From Eggerthellaceae bacterium (GTDB taxonomy: Bacteria; Actinomycetota; Coriobacteriia; Coriobacteriales; Eggerthellaceae), in assembly GCA_030524475.1 (NCBI GenBank), contig JAUNGO010000002.1:4142-68141 (forward strand): DNA of 64,000 bases. The letters are read 5' to 3'. Below the pieces are notes generated by a model, which worked only from the letters and a program-made list of their open reading frames with translations, had not been told where the DNA came from and did no database searches. Position 1 is the stretch's first letter; each line of letters begins with the position of its first letter. This document shows positions 19,057-27,927 of this stretch, piece by piece. The translations under genes and the position numbers were made by a program.

Positions 19057-20142
19057 ATGCTGTACCAATTGATGAACAAAGACGTTGTTGTCGCAACGTA
19101 TAAGGAAGAAGTGCGCCTGGGACTGTACGTTTACAGCGCCGTCGAACAACTCGACGCCTACCTTCCTTACGGCTTCACCAACATCAACGATTGGATCGAC
19201 GGACGGCAAATCGCCAAACATCGTATGTCCATAGAAAAGCTCATGCGCGAATTGGGTCTCACCACACGTCACGACTTCATAGCAATGGCGCGTTGTCTCT
19301 CGCTCACTGACACGTTTTGGATGAAGCGCGCTGACGAGAATATCACCTGGAACGACGTGTCGCTGTACCGCAACCCCTTCGACGACGTTATCGCCCGTAT
19401 CGCCTTCGACGGCACGGGCATGTACGGTCGACAGAATTCGCCGACCTCGCCCGAGTACGCCACGTCGGGCTCCTTCGCCAAATGCTGGATTCGCGAAGGG
19501 AGCGAAATCTCGCTGCTCAAGCGCGGATCAACAGGCTACGCAAACGCCGGTTTCGAGCCGTACTCCGAGAAACTGGCATCCGACGTGCTCGATGCAGCGC
19601 ACATCGACCACGTGCCCTACAGCGTAGTGAACTACCACGGAAAACTCGCGAGCAAGTGCCCCTTGTTCACTTCGGAGGACGCGGGCTTCGTCTCGGCACA
19701 TCGTTTCTTTGAGGGAACGTTTGACATCTTCGACATGCTCGATTTCTGCCGCGCGCACAACGCCGAGGAAAGCTTCCGCGAGATGATCGTCATGGATGCC
19801 GTGACGGCAAACGTCGACCGCCACGCCGGCAACTACGGTTTCCTCGTGGACAACGCCACGGGCGAAGTGCTGCGCCAAGCACCGCTGTTCGACCACAACA
19901 TGGCGTGTTTGCCCATGATGATGGAAAGCGACGACTTCGATACATACCTCAACATGATTGGTCCGAAGATCGGCGATGACTTTGTACGCATGGCGCGCGA
20001 AATGCTCACATCGGATATTCGCGCGAAGCTCGTCGACCTCAAAAACTTCGAGTACACCGACCCGGGGCTTGGCTATCCGCAATGGAAACTCGACACCGTA
20101 AACCGCCTCAAAGACCGCATGATCGCCGACATCTTGGCGTAA
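19057..20142 (+). CDS. HipA/CtkA-like kinase, no adjacent antitoxin
   Basis: TSGSFAKCW, EPYSE, NVDRHAGNYG and APLFDHN motifs; TATAAT at 19011 and RBS GGAGG; lower GC than its neighbours. Confidence 0.8.
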   Translation: MLYQLMNKDVVVATYKEEVRLGLYVYSAVEQLDAYLPYGFTNINDWIDGRQIAKHRMSIEKLMRELGLTTRHDFIAMARCLSLTDTFWMKRADENITWNDVSLYRNPFDDVIARIAFDGTGMYGRQNSPTSPEYATSGSFAKCWIREGSEISLLKRGSTGYANAGFEPYSEKLASDVLDAAHIDHVPYSVVNYHGKLASKCPLFTSEDAGFVSAHRFFEGTFDIFDMLDFCRAHNAEESFREMIVMDAVTANVDRHAGNYGFLVDNATGEVLRQAPLFDHNMACLPMMMESDDFDTYLNMIGPKIGDDFVRMAREMLTSDIRAKLVDLKNFEYTDPGLGYPQWKLDTVNRLKDRMIADILA

Positions 20143-20166
20143 AGATGCGCGTTGTGAACGCGCTGG

Positions 20167-20227
20167 TGAGCACGGGGATATAGCCCTGTTCATCGGTTCA
20201 GCAAACAGGGCTATATCTCCGTGTTCA
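20167..20227 (+). other. Long inverted repeat (24-bp arms) downstream of the kinase
   Basis: TGAGCACGGGGATATAGCCCTGTT-13 nt-AACAGGGCTATATCTCCGTGTTCA. Both mismatches are G-U pairs in plus-strand RNA. Confidence 0.75.
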
Positions 20228-20313
20228 TGCCCACGTTCACCCCGCCAGCGAAAGCCTATAATAGCGACTTGTTGAGTATGCCCGGCTTCGTGCGGCCAGA
20301 AAGGATTTTTCCC

Positions 20314-21279
20314 ATGCCTAAGATCGTCGTAGTTGACTGCGATTTCGAGAACAACGACTTCGAGCGCGCGATGGCGCGCGAGGCGGGGGTCGACATCGCG
20401 TGCTTCCAAAGCCGCGACGCCGACGAGATCATCAAAAACGCCCACGACGCCGACGGCGTGATAACCTCCTACGGCAACTTCCCCGCGCGCGTGTTCGAGG
20501 CGCTGCCGCGCCTACGCGTGGTCAGCCGCACGGGCGTGGGCTACGACGCCATCGACCTTCCCGCCGCCACCGCGCACGGCGTGGCGGTGTGCACCGCGCC
20601 CGGCTACGGCACCGAGGTGGTAAGCGACCACGCTATCACGCTGGCGCTGTGCGTGCTGCGGCGCATCAACGAGATCGACGCCGACATGCGTCGCGGCGTG
20701 TGGGACTACGGGCGCACGCGCCCGCTCGGGCAGGTGCGCGGGCGCACGTTCGGCGTGGTGGGCATGGGCGAGATCGGCCGCGCCACCGCGCGCAAGGCGC
20801 ACGGCCTGGGCTTTCAGGTGGTGTGCAGCTCGCGCTCGCTCGTGCCGGGGCGGCGCACGCCCGAGGGCTACGACGTCTTGGCGTACGAGGAGCTGCTGCA
20901 GCGTGCCGACGTGGTGAGTTTCCACACCGCGCTTACGCCCGAGACACGCCATTTGCTCGACGAGCGCGCGATAGGGTTGATGAAGCCGGGTGCCGTGGTG
21001 GTGAACACCGCGCGCGGGGCCGTCATCGACACGCTGGCGCTCGCGCAAGCGCTGGAGGAGGGGCGTCTATGGGGCGCGGGGCTCGACGTGTTCGAGAACG
21101 AGCCCGTGGACTTCGCGCACCCCATCTGCCGCGCGCCGCATACCGTGCTCACCTCGCATGCGGCGTACTGGTCGGAGGAATCGGGCCGTGAGCTGCGCCA
21201 ACGCACCATGCAAAGCGCGCTCGACGTGGTGTTAGGCCGCCGCCCCGCCGACTGCCTCAACCCTGAGGTGCTCGGGTAG
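20314..21279 (+). CDS. D-isomer 2-hydroxyacid dehydrogenase (CtBP/SerA-like)
   Basis: GVGYDAID, GVVGMGEIG, VNTARG, AGLDVFENEP and TSHAAYWS motifs. Confidence 0.9.
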   Translation: MPKIVVVDCDFENNDFERAMAREAGVDIACFQSRDADEIIKNAHDADGVITSYGNFPARVFEALPRLRVVSRTGVGYDAIDLPAATAHGVAVCTAPGYGTEVVSDHAITLALCVLRRINEIDADMRRGVWDYGRTRPLGQVRGRTFGVVGMGEIGRATARKAHGLGFQVVCSSRSLVPGRRTPEGYDVLAYEELLQRADVVSFHTALTPETRHLLDERAIGLMKPGAVVVNTARGAVIDTLALAQALEEGRLWGAGLDVFENEPVDFAHPICRAPHTVLTSHAAYWSEESGRELRQRTMQSALDVVLGRRPADCLNPEVLG

Positions 21280-21416
21280 CGCAGACGAGCCGCGCTCGTC
21301 AGTGTGGCTGCCAGCTCAGGTTTTACATACGAAATGATTGCGAAAAGAAGTTTTACGCAACGCCGAAAGCGAAGGGAAGCCCCGTTTGCCCGTTGCCGCG
21401 CGTGCGCCCTGCGCCC

Positions 21417-22220
21417 CTACGCGGTCGGGTCGTGATACACGCGCATACTGTCGGGGCGCGCGCTGCAGATAAGCGTGAGGTCGTATTGGCGCGCGAGCTC
21501 GATGGTGGCGTCGGTGGGCACGGCCTTGGTTGCCAGCACCGGCACGCCCGCGCGAATGGCCTTCATCACCATGTCGACGGGCAACCGCCCGCTCGAGAAC
21601 ACGAGCGCGCGCCGCAGGTCGACCCCTTCGCGTAGGGCAAATCCGAGCACCTTGTCGAAGGCGTTGTGGCGGCCTAAGTCCTCACGGCAACACACGATGT
21701 TGCCGTCGACCACCAAGTAGCAGCTGTGCGTGCCGAACGTGCGCCGATGCAAGGGCGAGTCCTGCGCGAACGCCGCTGCGGCCGCGAACACCCACGAGCG
21801 CTCCCAGCGAATGGGTTTCACCGGCTCGGGAGGAACGCCCTCGTCGAAATAGTGGTTGTACGTGCGGTTGCCCGTACAGCACGACGGCACCGTTTCCACC
21901 TGCGAGCCGCGCGCGAAGTCGGCCTCGCGCCGCGTGAGCGTCACGCGGGCGCGCGTGCCGTACTCGCACAAATACACCGACTCGATCTCGTCTGTCCCCG
22001 ACACGATGCCCTCGGTGAACAGCCGCCCAACCACCAGGTCGACCAGGTGGTTGGGCGTGCACACGATGCGCATGGTCAAAACCTCGTTCACATACACGTC
22101 CAAGTTGTGCTCGATGAGCACCGCGCAGTCCTCGGGCGCTTCCTCGCCCGCCGCGCCGACGCACAGCGCCTGGTACGGCACCACAACCTCGCCTTGGGTA
22201 TGTCGATCGATGATTTCCAT
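21417..22220 (-). CDS. fdhD: Formate dehydrogenase accessory sulfurtransferase
   Basis: SCC, EDLGRHNAFDKV, SGRLP and AVPT motifs. Confidence 0.9.
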   Translation of the reverse strand: MEIIDRHTQGEVVVPYQALCVGAAGEEAPEDCAVLIEHNLDVYVNEVLTMRIVCTPNHLVDLVVGRLFTEGIVSGTDEIESVYLCEYGTRARVTLTRREADFARGSQVETVPSCCTGNRTYNHYFDEGVPPEPVKPIRWERSWVFAAAAAFAQDSPLHRRTFGTHSCYLVVDGNIVCCREDLGRHNAFDKVLGFALREGVDLRRALVFSSGRLPVDMVMKAIRAGVPVLATKAVPTDATIELARQYDLTLICSARPDSMRVYHDPTA

Positions 22221-22275
22221 GCTGCCTACTTTATTGCTTTCTTGCTCGATACGTGGGAACTTTTAGCGCTGCGGC

Positions 22276-22301
22276 GGCAAAGGCATGGCCTTTGCCCTAC
22301 G
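22276..22301 (-). repeat. GTAG-type REP-like repeat family B, copy 1
   Basis: Minus strand CGTAG-GGCAAAGG-CCATG-CCTTTGCC. Confidence 0.8.
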
Positions 22302-22335
22302 GGCGGGGTGCGAACACCCCGCTGGGCTGCAAATG

Positions 22336-22360
22336 TGACAAGCGACCTGTCCCCTTGTCA
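22336..22360 (-). repeat. REP family A copy
   Basis: TGACAAGCGACCTGTCCCCTTGTCA. Confidence 0.85.
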
Positions 22361-22515
22361 GTTCAAATCGCCAACGCTCGCAGGTCGCCGCAACGTCAGC
22401 GAGAAGCGCTCCGGTGCCCCAGGTTGCCCCGCCGCGCGGCTGAGCGTACTTAGGTACGCGAAGGTAAGCGCACAAGGGGCAAGATGGGACACCCGAGCGC
22501 TTCGCAGCGTCGGCG

Positions 22516-22548
22516 AGTTCCGCTTGTCCCGTTAGGGCAAGCGGAACT
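22516..22548 (-). terminator. Hairpin immediately after the FNT stop codon
   Basis: agttccgcttgtcc...gggcaagcggaact. Confidence 0.6.
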
Positions 22549-22549
22549 A

Positions 22550-23389
22550 CTACTTTTCAGACTTCACGTGGTAGACGAACCAGTACGCCAGGCCCACGAA
22601 GATCGCGCCGCCCACGATGTTGCCGAGCGTAGCGGCCGAGATGTTGTAGAAGATGGCGCCCAAATCAAGCGCGGAGGCGTCCACCGCCGCATAACCCGTG
22701 AGCTTGCACAGAAGGCCCATGGGCAGGAAGAACATATTGGCCACGCAGTGCTCGAACCCGCAGGCGACGAACGCGGCGATGGGGAGCAGGATGCCGATCA
22801 CCTTGTCGACCACGGTGCGCGCGGAAAAGCCGATCCACACCGCCAGGCACACCAGGATGTTGCACATGATGCCCTTGAAGAACAGCGTGATCCAATCAGG
22901 CGTCACCTTGCCGAGCGCCACGGAAACAAACGTCGCGCCCACGTTGCCGCCGTTCATGTCGGGCGTGGCAGCCAAAAACACCAGCGCCACCACCACCAGC
23001 GCGCCCACCAGATTGCCGAGCCACACGATGACCCAGTTCTTCAGCATGGCGCCCCAGGTGATCTTCTTGCTCATAACGCCGCAGACCATGAGCGAGTTGC
23101 CCGTGAACAGCTCGGCGCCGCAGCACAGCACCAGCACGAGGCCCAGGCAGAAGCACAAGCCGCCGACCAGGCGCTGCACGCCGAACGGCATGGTGGTGTC
23201 GCCCAAGAACGTGCAGAAGAACATGGCGCCAAACCCGATGAAGGCGCCGGCGAACATGGCCAGCACGAAGCACTTGGCAGGCGCCAGCTTCGTCTTGCCC
23301 ACGGCCAGCGTTTCCGCCTTCGCCTCAATGGCGGCAGGCGCCAGCGCGTCAGGCTTCAACCCTGCGAGATCTTTTGCCTCAACAGTCAT
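22550..23389 (-). CDS. focA: Formate/nitrite transporter (FocA/FdhC)
   Basis: AGAFIG, GAELFTGN, GNLVG, CNILVCLAVW and GFEHCVANM motifs; lies in the FHL locus. Confidence 0.9.
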   Translation of the reverse strand: MTVEAKDLAGLKPDALAPAAIEAKAETLAVGKTKLAPAKCFVLAMFAGAFIGFGAMFFCTFLGDTTMPFGVQRLVGGLCFCLGLVLVLCCGAELFTGNSLMVCGVMSKKITWGAMLKNWVIVWLGNLVGALVVVALVFLAATPDMNGGNVGATFVSVALGKVTPDWITLFFKGIMCNILVCLAVWIGFSARTVVDKVIGILLPIAAFVACGFEHCVANMFFLPMGLLCKLTGYAAVDASALDLGAIFYNISAATLGNIVGGAIFVGLAYWFVYHVKSEK

Positions 23390-23530
23390 AAGAATTGCCT
23401 CCTTGATATAAGGGATAGATCCTAGTATAGAAAATGAAGAACGTCCTTCGCCGCGCAGACGGGCAACCGAGCGGGCAGCGCGGCGAAGCGTTAGGCATGC
23501 GGAAGGGATGCGCGCCGCACGCCCGATGCG

Positions 23531-24061
23531 TCAAGCGGGATGGTAGCGCGCGAAGTCGGCCCCGGCTGCCAAACAGTCGTAGATCTCGTCGACCGCGCGG
23601 CGCACCGGAGCGCTCAGCGGGTCGAAGAACTCCGTCGTGGCCGGTTGGATGCCGAGGAAGGTAACGTCCTCGCAAATGCCCTCCAGCTCACCGAGCAAAA
23701 ACGTGATGGGAAGCGTGTGTGTGGTGATGAGGAACTGGGTTGCCACGTCGTCGGCCGTGACCAGGCGAATCTCGCCCGGTTCGTGCCCCATCGCCGCCGC
23801 GTCCACCAGCAACAGGCGCCGAGGTTTCAAGCGGCGCAGGTACCCGAGGTCGTCCTCGGGCGTCTGACCGCCGTCGACCACCGTCCAGCCCTCGATCGGC
23901 TCGTCCTCCAAGCGCTTGGCAAGCGCCGGGCCCGCCGCGTCGTCGCCGCGCAGCACGCTTCCCACCGTGAACACCACGTTGGGACGTGTATCCTCGGCAG
24001 CGGCCGGCGCATCTTCGACAGCCGCCGGCACGCTTTCGATCGGCGCGTTTTCCACGCTCAT
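23531..24061 (-). CDS. hycI: Hydrogenase maturation endopeptidase
   Basis: VGSVLRGDDAAGP, DGGQTPE, VDAA, TTHTLP and LGIQP motifs. Confidence 0.9.
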   Translation of the reverse strand: MSVENAPIESVPAAVEDAPAAAEDTRPNVVFTVGSVLRGDDAAGPALAKRLEDEPIEGWTVVDGGQTPEDDLGYLRRLKPRRLLLVDAAAMGHEPGEIRLVTADDVATQFLITTHTLPITFLLGELEGICEDVTFLGIQPATTEFFDPLSAPVRRAVDEIYDCLAAGADFARYHPA

Positions 24062-24765
24062 GGCGTCACCCGCCTTCCCATCGCATACACCTGCGGCTCG
24101 CTCGCCACCTCGTCAAGCAGCACGGCGAACTCCTCCAGCCACGAAAACGCGTCAGCCGCGTAAACATAAGGACGCGGAGCAGCCACGCGGTCGCCTTCCG
24201 CAACCGCCGCAGCCCCCGTCGAGGCTGAAGCGGAGCGGGAGCGGAGTGAAGGCTGCGAAGCTTCTGAACGGAGCTCCCGCTCCGCTGCAGCCGCCCCGCA
24301 GGTCGAACCTTCCGCAGAATCCGCCGCCCGCCCTTCGCGCTCAAGCGCCGCCGAAACGGCAGCGCTCAGCGCGGGCACATGCTCCTTGTCCAGCTGAATC
24401 TCGCCGAACCGCTCCACGCCGCCGAGCTTCTCGGCCGCCTCTCCTGTGCCCAGCGCCTCGAGCACCTGCGCGAACACCGCCCGCGAGCAGCCGATGCGCG
24501 GCTCCAAGCAGTCGATGACGCCCGTGTGGTGCCCGATCGCCAGCGTGTAGTACAAAACCGAGCGCACGTCTTCGGGTATCGACCGCTCGTTGTCGACGAA
24601 CTTGGCCCCCAGCCGGTAGAACACCACCTCGCGCGCGTAACGCGCATCGGTGGTATGCCCGCCGCTTGAGCGGTCGAAGCACACCGACTCGCCGCCTTCG
24701 CCCACGCGCATCGCGGGCGGAATGCTCGCCGTCGGCCTCATCTCGGACGTGCGCCCGCTCATCAT
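24058..24765 (-). CDS. hycH: Formate hydrogenlyase maturation protein HycH/HyfJ with an internal insertion
   Basis: VVFYRLGAKFVD, YYTLAIGHHTGVIDC and FGEI motifs; ATGA overlap with the upstream gene. Confidence 0.85.
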   Translation of the reverse strand: MMSGRTSEMRPTASIPPAMRVGEGGESVCFDRSSGGHTTDARYAREVVFYRLGAKFVDNERSIPEDVRSVLYYTLAIGHHTGVIDCLEPRIGCSRAVFAQVLEALGTGEAAEKLGGVERFGEIQLDKEHVPALSAAVSAALEREGRAADSAEGSTCGAAAAERELRSEASQPSLRSRSASASTGAAAVAEGDRVAAPRPYVYAADAFSWLEEFAVLLDEVASEPQVYAMGRRVTP

Positions 24766-25541
24766 GCCACGACCTTGCTCAAAAGCACGCGCTTGAGCTC
24801 GCCGAACACCTCGGCACGCCGCGCGTCGGGCTCGCCCGCGATGAGCGCGTCGACCGCGCCCAGCACGTCGGTGCCGCCCTTCTCCAGCGTGGTCAGGAAG
24901 TCGTCGGCGGCGTCGCGACCCCACAGGTAACCCGACTGCAGGCGCGCCTCGCGCTCGATGTCGACCCGCACCTGGTACGGGATGTCGGCGAACGCCAGCG
25001 GCACCTGCACGCCCGGCTCCTCGTCGTGGTGGCTGGCGTGCAGCTTCTGTTCCAAAAGCCCCAGCGTCATCGCAAACCCGTAGATGGTCTGCGCCGGCGT
25101 GGGCGGGCACCCCGGAATGTACACGTCAACCGGCAAAATCTTGTCGGTGCCGCCCCACACGCAGTAGTTGTCGTGGAAGATGCCGCCCGTGCAGCCGCAC
25201 GCGCCGTAACTCACCACGAGCTTCGGCTCGGGCGCGGCGTGGTAGGCGCGCAGCGCCGGCATGCGCATGGCGCGCGTGACCGCTCCCGTGTACACCAGCA
25301 CGTCGGCGTGACGGGGGCTCGGCACCACTTTGATGCCGAAGCGCTCGGCGTCGAATACCGCCGTGATGGTGGAGAAGATCTCAATCTCGCAGCCGTTGCA
25401 GCCGCCGCAGTCCACGCGATACACGTACACCGAGCGCTTGATGCTGTTGAGCAGCTTGGCCTTCGCCTCCGCCACCTTCGCGTCGAGCTCAACCTTGGTC
25501 GGCTGATACTGCAACGACGCGGGAACCGGCGTCTCGATCAT
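24762..25541 (-). CDS. hyfI: Group 4 hydrogenase small subunit (HyfI/HycG)
   Basis: VDCGGCNGCEIE, SPRHAD, GACGCTGGIF and IPGCPP motifs. Confidence 0.9.
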   Translation of the reverse strand: MIETPVPASLQYQPTKVELDAKVAEAKAKLLNSIKRSVYVYRVDCGGCNGCEIEIFSTITAVFDAERFGIKVVPSPRHADVLVYTGAVTRAMRMPALRAYHAAPEPKLVVSYGACGCTGGIFHDNYCVWGGTDKILPVDVYIPGCPPTPAQTIYGFAMTLGLLEQKLHASHHDEEPGVQVPLAFADIPYQVRVDIEREARLQSGYLWGRDAADDFLTTLEKGGTDVLGAVDALIAGEPDARRAEVFGELKRVLLSKVVA

Positions 25542-26185
25542 CGTGCACCTCCCTTCTCCGTTGCGCGTTTCTGCGCCGTCACGCCGTCGTCGACGCGGCG
25601 GCACTCCAGGCACAGCGAAATCTTGTCGGCCGCCGCCGCAAGCTCGGACGCGCCCGCGCCGGCAGCGCCCATGCCCTCAAGCTCGCCACCCTCGGCGTCG
25701 AGCGTGGCGCCCGTCACGGCGTCCACGTCGCCCTCGGCGCCCGCCGCAGCGGCACCAGCGCCCGCCGCCTGCATCATCACGCGGCGCGCGTAGTCGATCT
25801 CCTTCGCCGACGCATACGGCTTGCCGCAGCGCGCGCACGTGGCGACCGGGTATGAGCAGCTTTCCTCCAGGTCGGCCTTGCACCCGACGGCCAGCTCAAA
25901 CTCCTTGGAGAGCTTGATGGCCACCGTGGGGCACACCTCCTCGCAGCGCCCGCAGAAGATGCAGCGCCCGTAGTTGATGGCCCACGTGATGCGGCTCTGG
26001 TCTGCCGCCAGCTCCATCGAGATGGCGTTAGGCGGGCACGCCACCGCGCACGCCCCGCACGCGATGCACGCGGCCTCGTCGTGTTGGGGCTTGCCGCGAT
26101 ATCCGTCGGGCAAATCCAAGGGTGCGGCGGGGTATGCCACCGTGGCGTTGCCCGCGCGCCCGATTTCTTTGAACAGCTTGAACAT
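25538..26185 (-). CDS. hyfH: FHL iron-sulfur subunit (HyfH/HycF)
   Basis: RGKP, CIACGACAVACP and CIFCGRCEEVCP motifs; C-terminal CxxC pairs split by an Ala/Gly insertion. Confidence 0.88.
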   Translation of the reverse strand: MFKLFKEIGRAGNATVAYPAAPLDLPDGYRGKPQHDEAACIACGACAVACPPNAISMELAADQSRITWAINYGRCIFCGRCEEVCPTVAIKLSKEFELAVGCKADLEESCSYPVATCARCGKPYASAKEIDYARRVMMQAAGAGAAAAGAEGDVDAVTGATLDAEGGELEGMGAAGAGASELAAAADKISLCLECRRVDDGVTAQKRATEKGGAR

Positions 26186-27927
26186 TATGCATCACCCCTG
26201 CCCTGCAAAGGCGAGTACGTGCGCCGGCGGCAGTAGCTTTCAAGCTGGCTTTTCGTGAGCACGGTCTCGGTGTGCTTGTTCACGTCGACCACCGTCACGC
26301 GGTCGGTGCACGAGTAGCACGGGTCCATGCTGCCCACGATGATGGCGGCGTCTGCCACCGTGTTGCCGCGGAACATATAGCGCAGGATCGGCCAGTTGGA
26401 GTACGTCGCCGCCTTTGCGCGCCAGCGATAGCACTTCTGGTTGTCGCCGACCATCGCCCAGTGCATGTCCTCGCCGCGCGGCGCCTCCGTGAAGCCCATG
26501 GCGAACTTGTGCGGCGTGTAGGTCCAGTCCTCGGTGAGGATGGGACCGGCCGGCGCGCTGTCGAGCAGCTGCTCGATCATCGTGAGCGAGTCCATGAACT
26601 CCTCGACGCGCACGAGCGTGCGGCTTTGTACGTCGCAGCCGTCGTGGTAGCGCACGCCCAAACCCTCCAAATGCTTGTAGGCGTCGAAGGGGTGGTTGAA
26701 GCGCACGTCGCGGGCGAACCCGCTGCCGCGCACGCACGGCCCCACGGGGCTGAAGTCGCGGGCGATCTTGGGGTCAAGCCGCCCGATGCCCGCTGTGCGC
26801 GACTCGAAGTTCGCCGTGGAAACCAGCATGTCCACAAGCGCCTCCACGTCGTTGCGCAGCTCCTGCACGAACTTGATGGTGGAAAGCTTCTGCGACTCCA
26901 GAATGTCGCGCCGCACGCCGCCGATCAAGTTCAAACCGTAGGTCTTGCGGGCGCCCACGAGCATCTCCGCCAAGTCCATCGCGCGCTCGCGCACGCGGAA
27001 GAAGTGCTGGAAGCCCGTGTCGAAGCCGCAGTAGTGGCACACCAACCCTAAGTTCAGCAGGTGCGAATGCAAGCGCTCCACCTCAAGCAGGATGGTGCGG
27101 ATGTACTGCGCGCGGATGGGAACCTCGATGCCCTGGGCGTTTTCCACCGCCTCGGCGTACGCCACCGAGTGCGCGTTGCCGCAGATGCCGCAGATGCGGT
27201 CGGCCAAAAACGTCACGGCGTCGTAGTTCAGGCGGCTTTCCGCCACCTTCTCCATGCCGCGGTGCACGTAGAACAGCCGATAGTCGGCGTCCACGATCTC
27301 CTCGCCCTCGACGAACAGGCGGAAGTGCCCCGGCTCGTCGGAGGTGATGTGCAGAGGGCCCATCGGCACCTGCGTGGTTTCCTCGGCGTCGCCTTCATAG
27401 AGGAACGAGTAGTTCTCCATGTCGGAAACCGGCGCCGGGCGCTTGCGGTAGTCCATCGAGTCCTTGCGCAGGGGGTACAGGTCATTCGGCCAGTCGTCGG
27501 GCAGCACCAGACGACGCTCGTCGGGCAGCCCCACCGGCACCAGGCCGAACATATCGCGCACCTCGCGCTCCGACCACACACACGCCGGGACGCGCGGCGT
27601 CACGCTCGGGAACTCGCGCGTCACCGGGTCGATCTCGGCGCGCACCGCCACGAAGCTCGGGTCGGCGCCCTCCATCGACAGCAGGTAGTACAGCGCGTAG
27701 TGCCCGTTGAGCGAACGCTCGTCGTTGCCCACCATGTTCGGCAGCCAGCCGTCGCGCCCGTAGTAGAGAAACTCCACCACGTCGGGCAGCATGTCGGCGG
27801 GAACGGTGATGGTCACCTGGTCCTCCGCCTGCCACGTTGCGTCGAGCACCGCACCGGGGAACGTCGAGCGCACGGCCTCCACATGGGTCTCACCCATGCG
27901 CAGGGCTTTCTTCTCTTTGCGTATCAT
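26185..27927 (-). CDS. hyfG: Group 4 [NiFe] hydrogenase large subunit (HyfG/HycE)
   Basis: L1 RICGICGNAH and L2 DPCYSCTDR with a C-terminal extension; N-terminal NuoC-like region (EREVRDMFG). Confidence 0.93.
   Translation of the reverse strand: MIRKEKKALRMGETHVEAVRSTFPGAVLDATWQAEDQVTITVPADMLPDVVEFLYYGRDGWLPNMVGNDERSLNGHYALYYLLSMEGADPSFVAVRAEIDPVTREFPSVTPRVPACVWSEREVRDMFGLVPVGLPDERRLVLPDDWPNDLYPLRKDSMDYRKRPAPVSDMENYSFLYEGDAEETTQVPMGPLHITSDEPGHFRLFVEGEEIVDADYRLFYVHRGMEKVAESRLNYDAVTFLADRICGICGNAHSVAYAEAVENAQGIEVPIRAQYIRTILLEVERLHSHLLNLGLVCHYCGFDTGFQHFFRVRERAMDLAEMLVGARKTYGLNLIGGVRRDILESQKLSTIKFVQELRNDVEALVDMLVSTANFESRTAGIGRLDPKIARDFSPVGPCVRGSGFARDVRFNHPFDAYKHLEGLGVRYHDGCDVQSRTLVRVEEFMDSLTMIEQLLDSAPAGPILTEDWTYTPHKFAMGFTEAPRGEDMHWAMVGDNQKCYRWRAKAATYSNWPILRYMFRGNTVADAAIIVGSMDPCYSCTDRVTVVDVNKHTETVLTKSQLESYCRRRTYSPLQGRGDA

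Noticed and set aside
9612-22360. Repeat family A as a CRISPR array
   Set aside because: Copies are kilobases apart and in both orientations, with no regular spacers and no cas genes.
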